The notes under the pieces were generated by a model, which worked only from the letters and a program-made list of their open reading frames with translations, did not search any database and was not told the origin of the DNA. 64,000 nt of DNA from Trichosphaerium sp. ATCC 40318. Taxonomy: Eukaryota > Protista > Tubulinea. The DNA is taken from the NCBI GenBank assembly GCA_038496445.1, contig JALMLS010000085.1, forward strand, positions 1-64,000. Direction: 5' to 3'. Every line of letters begins with the position of its first letter. The first letter of the stretch is position 1. The translations under genes were made by a program, and so were the position numbers. Positions 1-12,521 of this stretch are shown here, piece after piece.

Positions 1-119
1 CCCTAAAGTATCAAAGGGAAGCAAAAACGAAGTAAAAACTGAATAGTATTCAGAATACGAATATGAAAAAGTTGCCTTAACTGGCTTTCTTGTTACTTAT
101 TTATTCACATTAAAACACG

Positions 120-1006
120 ATGAAAGCTGGTCTTCTTGTTGTACTTGTTGCTTTCCTAGCCTTAGCAGTCGCTGCACCAAAGAAAGACTGTCATGCATGC
201 TTAGAAGTCATGGACGCTATCGCTGCTGGTGGTACGTAACACATATAGCCTAATTATCGCCTTGTGAATGTTTGTGGTACACAAACTATTCGATAGCCAA
301 CTGTTTTTCCGCTACTGCACTTTGCGTAGTAAATTCATGAACACAAGGCGTCATCAGACGCATTTTTAACGAAAACTGTTGATATCGAAAATGGAGTTTC
401 TAATCAAAGTTCTAGGTTGTTCCAATGTATGTGCTGATATTGGTGATCAATCTGCACGCGTTATATGTGATTATTTGGTAGCTAAAGGACTCTGTGGTCT
501 TGCAAACAAATACCTCAACTGTAAGCCTTTTTTCTTTCTTTTTTGGATTTTTTTTTTATCGTTACTTCTTTTTCTCTGTTGTCATCTGTATTAACTTGTT
601 ATTTCCTAGCTGGTACCACACCTAAAAAGGTTTGTAGAGTTATTGGCATTTGCGATCTTGGATGCCTTTGTGGTCGTTGCACAGAAGTTGTAATACAATC
701 TGGAAGAAACAGGTGTCTTGGTGTACCTAAGAGATGTCCAGCCGCTGCTTCTGTTGGATTAGATTCCAACTCAACCTCTGGTATCCCTAAAAAGCTCACT
801 GACTACCTACTATGTACGTTCAGGCTCCTGCAACAGCCACAATTTCAAAAAAAAACCGCTTTTGCTTTTGTTGTATTCTGAGATCGCTTTGCTTATTGTA
901 TGTTTTAGCTACTCTCCCACCTATTGATGACGCAGACAACCTTGGCGTGTGTGTTGGTAGCAGGTGTAAACCTGCAAATGAAGGATGTTGCTTGACTTGC
1001 GTTTAA
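120..1006 (+). CDS. Secreted cysteine-rich saposin-like protein, 4 exons (copy 1)
   Basis: Spliced product MKAGLLVVLVAFLALAVAAPKKDCHACLEVMDAIAAGGCSNVC...ICDYLVAKGLC...TPKKVCRVIGIC... It has a signal peptide, saposin-like CxxC...C...C...PxxVCxxxxxC spacing and an extra Cys-rich C-terminus. Confidence 0.7.
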
Positions 1007-1309
1007 GAAACGTAAACAACTTGTACCTCGTTTTCTAAATAAAAACAGCCAAACCCACTTGTATTTCAGAACTCTAGACTTTCGTATTCTTATTAAAACA
1101 GTGACAAATACAGCAACGCACCCCAAAGAACTACAGTTTGTAGTAACCCACGTTTTTGAACCGACATCTTGTGATAAGTCCAAAAACAAGTACAAAAACA
1201 TAACAGTGGATTTTTGTACCAGCTAATGTGAGTATAGTGGATTTTTCATTGAAATGATTTAATTTTGGAGAATGTAACAGTCACATGAGTCAACATAGCG
1301 ATAGTTTAT

Positions 1310-2779
1310 TTATTGTTTTACCTTGACAATGATATAAAAAGTGATTCATACCCTGTAGCAGAAGAAATGAATTAGCATTAACTCACAGTCACGTGACGAA
1401 AAAAAAAAATTTCAATCAAAATTATTGTGCGTACAGCTTTCACAGTTGGGAAATAAAATGGCGAGTTTACGCCAGTCCTAATGTGAAAAATTAGAAAGAG
1501 ACAAAGTTGATGAGCACCAAAAAAAACTGTGAGTACTTACGTTATTGGAATCGTTTCTCTGTGCCATACACCTTTGGAAGTATTCTCTTCATCTTCTACC
1601 ATTTGTAATGCTAGTTTTGCAATAGATTGATGCAATCCAGCCTCTGTTTGATCGCTACATAACCATTAATACATGTCTCAAGAGGACTAAGACTGTTCCT
1701 CCGTACCAAGAGACATAATCCTTTAAACTACATAGATTGTTAGCGTTCCATACTTAACCCAAGAGTATAGTACATACCGGCATCCATTTACAATGAGATA
1801 TCTCTTCTTCTTGAGCTGATATAGCACTAGAAAGAGCCTTCAACGACACACAAAATAAACATCACTCTGACCAAACAAAAAATGTTCCTTGTGTCTACAA
1901 AAACCATGAAACAAAGTACGCCAAAACCAGAAAAACAAACTTGTGAACGAACCTGAAGCACATTAATGACACAAACTCCGACTTAACACCCGTCTCTTCC
2001 ATAACTTCACGCATAGCAGCAGTTGCAATATCCTCACCAGGATCTATTAATCCACCTACAAACGAACTGTTAAAAACAAAAAAAAAAAAAAAGCAAATCT
2101 TGCGAACCTGGAATCTTCCAGCGAATACCCTTGCTATACTTTTCACTAATGACAAGAATCTCGTTCTTCTACAAAACGTTTCAGAGATTGTTTTGCAAGG
2201 GGAAAAAAAGTTTTCTAGGCATCACGTGTTCATCACGTGACTATCTATCCAACCGTCGTTTCATACCTCATTAATTACTACTCCACCAACACCTAAATTT
2301 ACTTTGTTAGAGTGGTACTAGTAGTGCAACAAGAAAATTAAAAGAATACCAAGGTAACTCGAGGAGTACTCCGGCAGCCTCGATTTTGAATCAGGTAACC
2401 ACTGGGTCATCATTATGTACTCTGGTTTAGCGTGATGCTAATGGTGATTAATAACATGTCAATAGAGGAGTAATCTAGTACATAATCAAAGCCTTGAGCG
2501 ACGGCAACTGGTATAAATGTTGATTTCTCCTTAGGTAGTTTTATCCATACACCACGAATGCCTGAAGCCCGCCATGCCGAAAGTGAGGCTATTTTATGCA
2601 TTTTGTTATGTGAATAAGCGGATTAGTGTTGTTTACCTTTTAAACATGATTCAAAGTCATCTACACTGTCAGGTAACGCGTCAGGAGAAATATTTGCGCC
2701 TATTCGTTTACTCGTTTGTCAAAGTAATATTTGTACCTTTAAAGACATCAACAACGTGTTTGAGTACAGTATCCGTCAT
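1310..2779 (-). pseudogene. NUDT6-like Nudix hydrolase, duplicated copy with apparent frameshifts
   Basis: Mirror of 15180-16648. An extra T at an exon start near 1725 (TTTAAAG vs TTAAAG) and near 1318 shifts the frame. May be sequencing error. Confidence 0.6.
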
Positions 2780-2953
2780 ATTTTGCGTTGTTTTACTACG
2801 TACCAAACAGAAATAAATAAAACACCGGCGCTTAACCCAATAAGTACACCACAGTACAAACTGAACAGCCGAACGTAGACGTTAAGTACTGGGATAAGTT
2901 TTGTAGTTATTTTAGCCATTATTTGAACAGCTTGAGCTATAAATTTACAAACA

Positions 2954-4167
2954 ATGGGTAATAAACAAGCACTGCCTTCTCCTATCGCTACAGATAAATT
3001 TTTGGCACCTGGAAGCGAAAACCTTCAAAAAGAAGTGTGCGAATCGCTAAGAAAGGATGGAGTAGCTATATTCAAGCTAGACGACGGCTTGAAGGCAGCA
3101 ATGGCAGAATATAACCAAATAGGAGCAAAGTTCTTCTCACAACCGGTTGAAGCGAAGGTTGGGCTTTCTCAAACATCCAGTACTTTGGACACCAAAAAAA
3201 ATATAGGTTATGTACAAGTACAGGCACGTACAACAATGTAATTTGTGTTAAACGGTTTTTTTTCCTATTTTTGGCTTTTCATCTAACTCCAGTGCTGTTA
3301 GGGAGTCAAAGAATTTTGAAGGTACATGATATTGTTTGTTAATACACGTGCTTTCAAGATAAATAATTAACACGTGACGTGGTTAGTTAAAATGGTCTGA
3401 TAGTGAGGAAGGATACCCTTCTTATCCACCAAACTACAAAGCAAACTTTGTTAAAGTTTGGAATCCTCTCAATAAATTAGCAAAAGCAGTGTTCACAGCT
3501 GTTGCAAGATCACAAGGTACGCTGAAATTTGATAACATCGTTATTACGGTTGCTTAGTCTTTGTTTTATTAGTCGATGGTGCCAGTTACATCGATGACGA
3601 ACTGTTTAAACTCGTAATTGAAAAAGTGAGCAACAAAAAAAAAGACTTTTCTGAGTTCTATTTTATGTTGACCGAACTTGTGCTTCTAGGTAGATGATAG
3701 ATCATCAATATCTCTAATAAATTATTTTCCACGTAAAAGCGATGACGGAAAGCAACACACGAGCCCAGCAAAACACATACAGGTACGGGGAAAAAAAACC
3801 AAAAATGTTGAGATTGTTGCAAGAAGGGTGTTGTATGTTTATACATTACTTTAGATTCGGGTCTACTTACGTTTATACTTTGCTCTAATGTACAAGGATT
3901 GGAAGTAGAGGATAGATCTACAAAACAGTTTCTAAAGGTGGAAGAAATGGTTGAACCACGTGAACACCTTTTTTGTATTGTAGGTAATAAGCTACAACTT
4001 TTTGCTAAGAAAACTCCTGCAGCATTTACTTCAACAACACATCGCGTGGTACGTTTACGAAAGAATTTATCAACTAGGAACCATCCTTAACTATCACCTT
4101 AAACTAGGTTCTACCATACGGGATTGAGAGACAGTCACTTTTGTTTTTCTTTGATGTACCAGCTTGA
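2954..4167 (+). pseudogene. 2OG-Fe(II) oxygenase, duplicated copy with homopolymer frameshifts
   Basis: Mirror of 13790-15006. Indels near 3178, 3195, 3315 (GAATTTTGA creates a stop where the other copy reads EFLK) and 3747. Confidence 0.65.
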
Positions 4168-4382
4168 ACTTGGTGTTTTGTCTTTTGCCTCTGTACTAGT
4201 CATAGTTTCGCTATTCTATGTTTATTAAACAATAACATCCCCACAAGGCCTCCGAATTTTGATCATCACGTGCAGCAGTAACCGAGAGTCATATACCAAC
4301 TTAGTTTAAAGGTTAAGTTGGTTGTGTACTGAGTTGCTTCACAGTTCCTTTAGACCAAGTTCCTAAAGACTTGAAGTATTTT

Positions 4383-6919
4383 GCTAAATCCAAAATTTCC
4401 TTCAACTTTGTCTCTAGGTTAGCAGTATCTGTTCCAAGCTCACCAACAGATACACTGTAAAGAGGACGCTTCAACAACTCTGCAATTGCTAAAAACAAAA
4501 AAAAACAAGTCAAAAAAAAGCCTTCAATCTACTTCCTGCTCAGACATACCTTCTGCAGTCAAAGTTTTACCAGTACCAGGGCTACCATGCAACAAGAAAA
4601 TACAACCAGCTCCTTTTCCTTGGATGAAATCAACAGGTAAGTCCGTTCTTCTTTGATTTTTGACAAGACTCTCAATCAAACTCTTGTTCTTATCTGGGAA
4701 TACCAATCTAAAGGAAATGGTAGCACGAAGTGTTGAGGAAAAGCAAAAAAAATATTTAAAGTTTGTGACAAACCTTTCAAAGGCTGTTGTATCCCAATCT
4801 ACAGGTCCCAAGTCAGTAACTGAGATTTCTCCCCATGTTTTAGCGCTGAATGAAAAACCACCAATTGTAGGCCATGTCATCCATAGATTTTCATCTGTTA
4901 GGTTATGAACAATAGAAGTAGGTCTTCTACTAAATACAGAGTAGTTTGGGTTCATCTAAAGAATGAATAAAAACCAAAAAATGTAAAAACAAATAACATG
5001 GGTACTCACGCGTAGAAATGTATAACAATCGACCATAACACGTCCATCCGCACGTATAAGGTTAGTAGCCCACCATTGCTTCTTAGAGATGGAACCAGTA
5101 TACCTGTACAATTGTATTAAGCCGAGGAATATTTGATTTTTGAACCCAAAAAAAAAGAGAGTTTGATGGTTCAACTCTTTGTTGTCTTACTTTCTGTAGT
5201 GTGCTCCAAATCCAAGATCTCTGAATAATTTTCCACGTTCAGTTAGCTCTTTCTTTGTGTCATCATCAAGAGGCATAAACGGTAGCTCTAAAGCAGAGGT
5301 AAATACCAAAATTTCTTGTTTTTCAAAAATTATTAATTCCGGCGTACCCTCAAGCTTCATGACACCTTTAAATGGTGGTAATGTATACGTTTGATCAGTG
5401 GTGTAAAACTGAGCACCATTGGTCTTCAAAAAAGAGTTAATAGAGGCTGTAAAAATAAATTTTGTAAAAAAAATTGTTGGTTACCTTAATGCAGGTACCA
5501 ACAACGTCGAAGCGAGGAGACCAACTAGATCTAACATAATCCGCTTTTTTAACTTTCATACCAACCCAAGCAAGACCAACGCGAACTAAGAAGTAAAGAT
5601 TAGTCCATCACATGCATTTGGGTTCAAAAGCAGATATTGAGTTTTTCTCAAAAAACAAAAACTATTTTCTCTGATTATCGCACCTTTTATCATTTGTTTT
5701 GGATTAAAAACATACCACAGGGAATCATATGTAATCTTTTTCTGAAAAAAGAAACATTAGAACAAACATACAATCACAGAGGGGGCAAATTCCTTGAAAG
5801 CAATAAAATCTTATTTCGGAAGAAAAAAAAATAAAAGATGCTTACATCTTTAAGCATGGCCTCAATCTTCTTCGTGACTGCAGCAAATTCTTTGGTCAAA
5901 AACTCACATAGAGGTGCCCAGACCTAAATAGAAAACGATAAGAATAAAATCTATGTACCAGCGAGCAATATTAGACAAGTAAACTAACCTCATCCATAGA
6001 CCTTATTTTTCCTGTACTTTGCTTAGGTTTTTCATGTTTTGTCATTTCGTAGATTTTTCTCTGCTTGAGACGATCTAACTTGAGCTGCATGTGCGTCTTT
6101 CTTGACCTGTTCTTTGTCTTAATAACAGGCAAGTACTTCATCAATTCCCGCGCTGAGATCTGTTTCAGCAAGTTAGTTTATGATTTACAAGCGTTCAGAG
6201 TGCTTCTGGGCGTACGTCGACAGGTTTCTTGCTGTACAAAGCAGACTTGCTTAGGATTGATCGGAGAGCGCGTTTAAGATCCTCTGCGATAATCTTGAGT
6301 ACCACCTTGTTCTCTATGACCTCTTTTGTGATGGGATCGCGAACAACCAGTCTGGTGACTGTAAACGAGTCTGGCTCTGGAAACTCTCGTTCAAGCTCTT
6401 CAACGGCGATATCTAGAATGTTATTAGACGAGCAGCCAGAAACAAGACTGTTGCTTTTTCTGTTAAACAGCGGCTGTGATTAAATTTTTGTACCCAACTC
6501 TGGGTTGCTTGACGCCTCTGTTTCATAAGCCCACACTGTCACACCTTTGTGTTTGCGTTAGTTTTTTTTGTTTTTGAACCGCCTAGCTTACCTGATTTTA
6601 TCACCCTGCCTACGCTTGGATCGCGTTTATCGGGCTTAACGGCGATTCCGTCTTCTGTGTACGTTACGCGCTTGATAGTAACTGTTTTGTTGTAGTGAGC
6701 CAACAAACGCTTTTCTATTTCTTTATAGAGGTATTCAAGGCTTTCGGCCCTTGGTACAGGCACAAGAACCTGATCTTCACCGAAGATTACAACGACACGT
6801 ATCATACGCATTGCATCTTCTCTAATCTTCCCATAATAGTCCTTTCGGCCTTGTTGTAGCAAATAATAAAGCTGACGTTCAACAGATCTCGGGGCTGTGG
6901 CTGTAATAGCGGTCGCCAT
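4383..6919 (-). pseudogene. AAA+ ATPase, 3'-truncated by the duplication junction
   Basis: Multi-exon gene with DFIQGKGAGCIFLLHGSPGTGKTLTAE (Walker A) then ELLKRPLYSVSVGELGTDTANLETKLKEILDLAK. The sequence switches to the duplicated arm where the Walker B segment (LLLDEAD-like) should follow. Confidence 0.85.
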
Positions 6920-7187
6920 AATGTGTCGATATTTTTGTAACTAACAACGCACCCTGAAGTGTTTTTCAACGAACCAAATAATTATTTAGGGAAAAAAGTC
7001 GCTAATGTTCAAACAGCTGTTTCTGATTGAAAAGTATCGTAGATTACGCCTTACACGTAACAATGGCGTATAAGCATACAAGCGCGTCGGTGCAATACAA
7101 AAAAAATAGCTCCAACACTTAAGGTATTTAAGTGATATCACCTTGATTGAAAAAAACAGTTTTCATAATCACACACAACACACGCAA

Positions 7188-7547
7188 ATGGACGCATTTA
7201 AAGGAAGAAAGTACGACATGCTACGACACCTCGTTTTCGAACCCCAAGATCAACGTGGTGAAACGACTGCAACACAAAGGAGAGCTTCTCAGTTTAAACA
7301 ACTACTACAAGCAGTTAAGCTAGAGACACCGATAACGCAAAAAGAGTTTGATAGAAAGGTCGAAATAGTAGTCGCTTTTGGATCACTAGAGAAGTTTAAA
7401 TTTGAAGTAGAAGAGCTGAAGAGGCTAGAAGACAACGGAGGCAGAGGACCTAGATACACTGCAGTAGTACATAGGCTTATAGATTTACATGTCGAGAATA
7501 AGATTGATGAATTCTGTAAAGCTGTTGGATTTAATAAAAATACTTGA
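7188..7547 (+). CDS. Hypothetical intronless protein (~119 aa)
   Basis: Clean ORF MDAFKGRKYDMLRHL...AVGFNKNT with coding-like composition, divergent from the AAA gene. No motif recognised. Confidence 0.6.
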   Translation: MDAFKGRKYDMLRHLVFEPQDQRGETTATQRRASQFKQLLQAVKLETPITQKEFDRKVEIVVAFGSLEKFKFEVEELKRLEDNGGRGPRYTAVVHRLIDLHVENKIDEFCKAVGFNKNT

Positions 7548-8274
7548 AATCTATATTAAAACTGATTACCTGTCAATACGTCACCTGTACTATCATGACT
7601 GAATTTGTAACAAGCTTGAAACCTGTCGCAGTTAACTAGATCCATTGATCAGGCTTTGGTAAGCTCCGTTCATAGATTCAAGACTATCAAAAAGTGCAAA
7701 AACTAAACGGCCTGTACCGTTTCTTCCAAACGGATTTATTATCTACGCTAATCAGTTTCATCACTCAAGTAGCCTACAATGAACGATGCAAAATCTGGCG
7801 GAGCGAGCGGTGCTCACTGCGACGCCTGACTTGGTACGAGGAAGGTTTCTTTGGCCCAGTTAGCTTGCCTTCTAAGCATAGTCTCTAAGAGCAATAATAT
7901 ACAGCATAAGGTTAGAATTGAGAATTGTTGTGTGAATTCCACCTTGCGAATACACTTGTTTGGTTACGTAATAGTACATGGTGCTTAGTTTTATCACATT
8001 AACAAAGACGACTTGTGAAAACATTATTTTTTGCAAACCATAAAACAGTGGCTAAACTGTGCCTACTAGAACACCCATGCGTAGCAGTACTTTCACCAAT
8101 GAATTTTAACGCCAAAATGAGGTTTTGAAGCTTGAACCAATTAAAATCGAATACCTTTTTTTGAATACTTTTTGTTTTCGTTTATACTTACAGCTGTGTA
8201 CATACAGAATTACGAAGCGAGTTGGCGCGAATAGAATAACCCTTTCTCAGTTATACTTTCATGAGATTTTTAAA

Positions 8275-8934
8275 TTATGCATCACCCTCTCGCGGTTTCT
8301 TGATACCAAACTTGGATCTACGTTTACTACGCTTAATGCGCTCGTATGGAGAGAAATCGTATTTTCCTTTCACCAAAGAACAGTTGATACCTTGTAGTAT
8401 TGTTATAATGACGGATTGAAGGATTACAAGAGGAATAAAATTATTTTGATTGCTTTTTTTGCTGTACCTGGTAAATCGTTTGGAGATGATCCTCTTACAA
8501 GGACTTGAGCGTGCTCATGTAAATTGTGGTCTTGTCCTGGTATTGTTGCGTATATTTCTTCTCCAGAGTGGAATAATTTTACTCTAGCGACCTGAACAAG
8601 TTTAACGTAGTGCAGGCTTCTTAATGCTTACTTTTCGCTTAGCTGAGTTCGGTTTACGTGGTGTTACGTTCAAAGTTTTGGTTACTACTCCACGACGCAT
8701 TGGAGAACCTTTAAATAGAAGAGATACGGCAGATGGGTGTCTCATTTGCGAAGTTTTCAATCGTTTTCCTTTGAAGAGCTTACTCCTAGATACCTTCGTA
8801 CGCACAAATTGTGAAGGCGCAGACACTAAAATAACATTAAATTATGAATTGTTGCATAATTGCCTCAATTATGTACCCTGAGCAGTCATACGAACTCCAG
8901 TAGGTTGCCATGCGGCGCGAGATATTCTTAACAT
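8275..8934 (-). CDS. MRPS12: Nucleus-encoded mitochondrial ribosomal protein S12 (uS12m)
   Basis: Presequence-like [10 protein letters not shown], then [45 protein letters not shown] and RSKFGIKKP; three introns. Confidence 0.92.
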
Positions 8935-9199
8935 GGCTGCGGCGTGCTAGAGCTGTCAGCACCGGATATAAACGACTTAATATAGTCTACGTTAAGTTTC
9001 GTTAACGAATAAAATAAAGTTTAAAATCAGTACTTGCAACGACTCACGTGGGATTTAAAAGTTCAAAAACTTGTACCGAAAAACCTCAAATATCAATACG
9101 TACGTTCTATTTATCTAACAGACGATGCCGTTTCCACTAAGCAGAAAATTGGCAATTTTCCAAAAACGAATCGGAAATGAACGTCTTTTTTTCACAAAT

Positions 9200-9207
9200 T
9201 TTCGCGC
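9200..9207 (+). promoter_or_regulatory. E2F-type site TTTCGCGC upstream of the Wee1-family kinase
   Basis: Exact match to the TTTSSCGC consensus about 90 bp before the ATG of a cell-cycle kinase. Confidence 0.45.
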
Positions 9208-9292
9208 CATCTTCAAACGCCAACCTCACTTTGTACAATAGAATTCTTCTAAATCATACAAAGAGCATACACACAGTGCTTCAGCAGTTCTA

Positions 9293-11210
9293 ATGATCAA
9301 AATGAGCACTCCCCTTGCCAGTAGAAAACCAAACGATTACTTTAGCTCGCCTTCATCACTACCCAAAACGCCACTTGTACGGCCAGACAGCTCCGCCTTC
9401 GCAGACACTAGAGTCTTCTCGGAAAAGAAGATCGACAAAGAGAATCGCCAACCGTTCAAACCGTGCCCTGAAGCTCCCGCAAAATCTCCTGTAGCCCACT
9501 ACAATACACGTACGGTTTATTCACGACGAAAACTTTTACCTAACAGCCCTTGTAGCGGGAGCAAGGCCATTAACTCAAACACTGCGAGACAGATTTGAAT
9601 TCGTGCAAAGGATAGGCGAGGGCGCCTTCTCGCAGGTTTACCGTGTACGGGAAAAAAAAAGCGGACAAGAATATGCCCTAAAAGGCCTCAAACGTAGATT
9701 TCCAAGACGATCTGATATGTACGAGTTAAATATAATTTAAAAAATAGGCTTCTGGGAGAAATAACCAATTTTTTCTAGCGAACAAGCCAAAAAAGAGTTC
9801 CATACAGGACGTATGATTGGTCCACATCCTAATTGTCTTCGATATTTTGAATATTTCACCAACGACTGGGAGGTAAGAAAACGTTCGAAAAAACGAAACC
9901 CGTCAGAATATCTTTATTTTGTACAGTTTGCATTGGTAAAATAGTAGCTACAAGAGCTCTGTAGTACAAAATCAAACTTTTTTTTTTTTTTTTCAAACCG
10001 TCTGATGTCTGACTACTTGTCCAGAATATCTATATTTTGACCGAACTATGTCATATGAGTATGGACAACTACATGAAGTCCGTTTTGGATAAGATTCCAG
10101 AAGAAAAGGTTCGTATCTACGCTGCATTTTAGGAATTCTAGTTTTCTATTTTGCTTTTTGCCGGCAACGCTTTTTTTGGCTTTTTTTTGCTTTTGAAACT
10201 GTGTTGGACACTTATTAACGACTTTTTTTAGCTTTGGCGATTTCTCGCAGATATGGCCCTTGGTGTCGCACATATTCACTCCAAGAGCTTACTACACATG
10301 GACATAAAACCAGCCAACGTTTTGATTGGCAACAACGAAGTCCTCAAAATTGCCGATTTTGGCTTGACCATATCAAAGAGTGAATGGGAGCGCGATTTGG
10401 AGGGAGATAAATACTACCTCGCCCCTGAGCTTTTACGAGTACGATTTTAATTTTATTTTTGCTACTTTTTTGTCATTCATTGTTTTCTCCGCAATTCTTA
10501 CTTTAATGCCAGGTTGACGGCATTCTCGTTGGTGGTGCTTCAGATATTTTCAGTTTGGGCATCATGATGCTCGAAATGGCTTGCAACCTCAATTTAACGG
10601 AGTGCCCTTGGCAAGACTTGCGTGCAGGTATGTATCCTCCGCAACTAGATGACCCTGAACGCGTTTCGCCAGAGTTATCCTTCCTTATCAAGTACGCCTT
10701 TTGAACGTTTTGTCTCAAAGTCTAACTCTAGAGTTTAGAGCAATGCTCCATCCAAACCCTTCAGAACGCCCAACGGCACAACAATTATTAGAGCAACCAA
10801 TGGTTAAAAAAGTAAGCACACTTTTAGTTTTTTTTTTTTTCATTTTTTTGGTAAACGTAAAGAATTTTCCATCTTACAGATTATTAGTACGCAAACACAT
10901 CTGTGGGTAGAAGGGCGCCAATATTGACCCCACAAACCAACCGCGAACGTTACTGTACACATCCACCAGATTCAGCGCCTGTTTTCCCTACAGGTAACTG
11001 GGAAGAAATGGGTTTCAGAAGGCCTAAAATCAGACGTAAATCGTTTGATAATGCCCATGTGGAACAAGGCGAGGTACAAATCGGTTTTTTTTTTTTTTTT
11101 TGTTTTACCTAAACTCACTTTTTAACTAGGAGGACGATATCATGGATGACGTTCTATATGGCCCAAAGAACTTGCTTTTAGAGTTCGACCAATGCGACGA
11201 TGTGATCTAA
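9293..11210 (+). CDS. Wee1/Myt1-family protein kinase
   Basis: Spliced motifs IGEGAFSQV, YALK, HMDIKPANV, KIADFG, EGDKYYLAPE (the EGD activation segment is typical of Wee1/Myt1), DIFSLG and MLHPNPSERPTA; Ser/Pro-rich N-terminus. Confidence 0.88.
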
Positions 11211-12521
11211 GTCTTGGGCTACTAAAAACAGTACCGAAGGTATTCATAACCCCTTTCGGTTTGGCGACGCTTTCTCACAAAACAAATCAAAACTGGCTGA
11301 ATGGAAGCCGATAGAAGCGCTTACAGTAATTCTACTCAAACACAAAAAACGCGAAACCGCTAGCACGCAGAGCAGCTCGTGGCCTACTCTTCGTCTAGGA
11401 CGAAGTTGTCGTTCGCATTAAAGCGAAAACAGTTTGTAGCTATCATAATTATAACAAAAACTTTACAATCTCGCGTCTGTTTTGTGTACCGAAAAAAAAG
11501 TGCGAAAATCTTCGTAATCTCCACTAAGTGGTCGTGGAGCGCAAAAAGAGATCAAAATACGTATGGCGCACGTATGAAAGCACACAGCAACAGTATTACG
11601 CGTTTTGGTTAGATTCGATAGCGATACTGGATAATGAGGCATCCTAAACAGAACCGGTACCGCCGCTAACAAGCAAGGCGCTACTTCGTCTACACCTTGG
11701 CGGCATTGATAGCTAAAAGTAGAGTGTCGGTTACATTGGCGGTACTTTATAAAATGCGTTTTTTTAGCTTCTACAACGCTAGAGCAGCGATTTCGGTACA
11801 CGCGGAACAACACGTATGTTGTATCGTCACCTCCAGCAAACCTTTTGCGTCGTAGAGCCAGAGCCAGCGTTTTGGATAAAAAATATCGGTCGTACCTGTC
11901 CCTTGTGACTCCCACCCCTACGTGCTTCTACGCTCACACATTTGTGCATACTCAGAGTGTGTTTTTGAGTAAATTCTCAGTGATGTGACAGTGCTGATTG
12001 GCGATTTTAATAAAAGTCTCTACATTTCTTTAAGCTACAAAAGTGGCGCGCTAGCGAGTTCACTGCGTCAGGTTGTTGTTGGTTGTTATTTGTACCAAAT
12101 GTTCTTTGGTACAAAATTTATGCCGCCAAGGTATTATTTTTGTCTGTGAGTGTGTTTCCGTTTCTAGTGCCATCGTTTAAGGCGTTCTATGTTTCAAGAA
12201 GTGATTTCAATGTCGCATCCTGTCAAAATCGATTAAACGCCTCAGTAGATATTAAACACGCGATAAAGGGCCATCAATAGACTTTACACCTTTGACACAT
12301 TACGAAAAGAACGCACTTTGTGTCAAAAATGCCAGTAGCCCGAAAGCTGGATTACACGTAAAAGTAAACTGTAATGAGATCAGAAACCAACGACACATTT
12401 TTTTACACTCATAATTTTTTAATTCCCAATACTTAAAGTAAACAGTGAGAAATCATTTTGAACAATATTTTTTTTGTATTTTACAGGCCTATCAAATGAA
12501 CTTTGACCTCGTGTCAATGTC

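Larger units (their letters stand above)
1..4382. repeat. Left arm of a ~4.4 kb inverted duplication (reverse complement of 13575-17952)
   Basis: Position 1 CCCTAAAGTATC matches the reverse complement of GATACTTTAGGG ending at 17952. Colinearity runs to GAAGTATTTT at 4382, which matches AAAATACTTC at 13575. The ORF track shows mirrored ORFs (e.g. 2954-3241+ and 14719-15006-). Confidence 0.97.

Noticed and set aside
7550-8270. Possible small gene or ncRNA downstream of the orphan ORF; likewise 31600-32440
   Set aside because: Only short ORFs and isolated splice-like signals; no coherent model could be built.
11463-11915. 150-aa minus-strand ORF
   Set aside because: Non-ATG start and no protein-like motif; explained by the locally higher GC content.
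11600-11930. Telomerase RNA, SRP RNA or RNase P/MRP in the structured region
   Set aside because: No 1.5-repeat telomere template, SRP helix-8 motif or CR-I/CR-V boxes were found on either strand.
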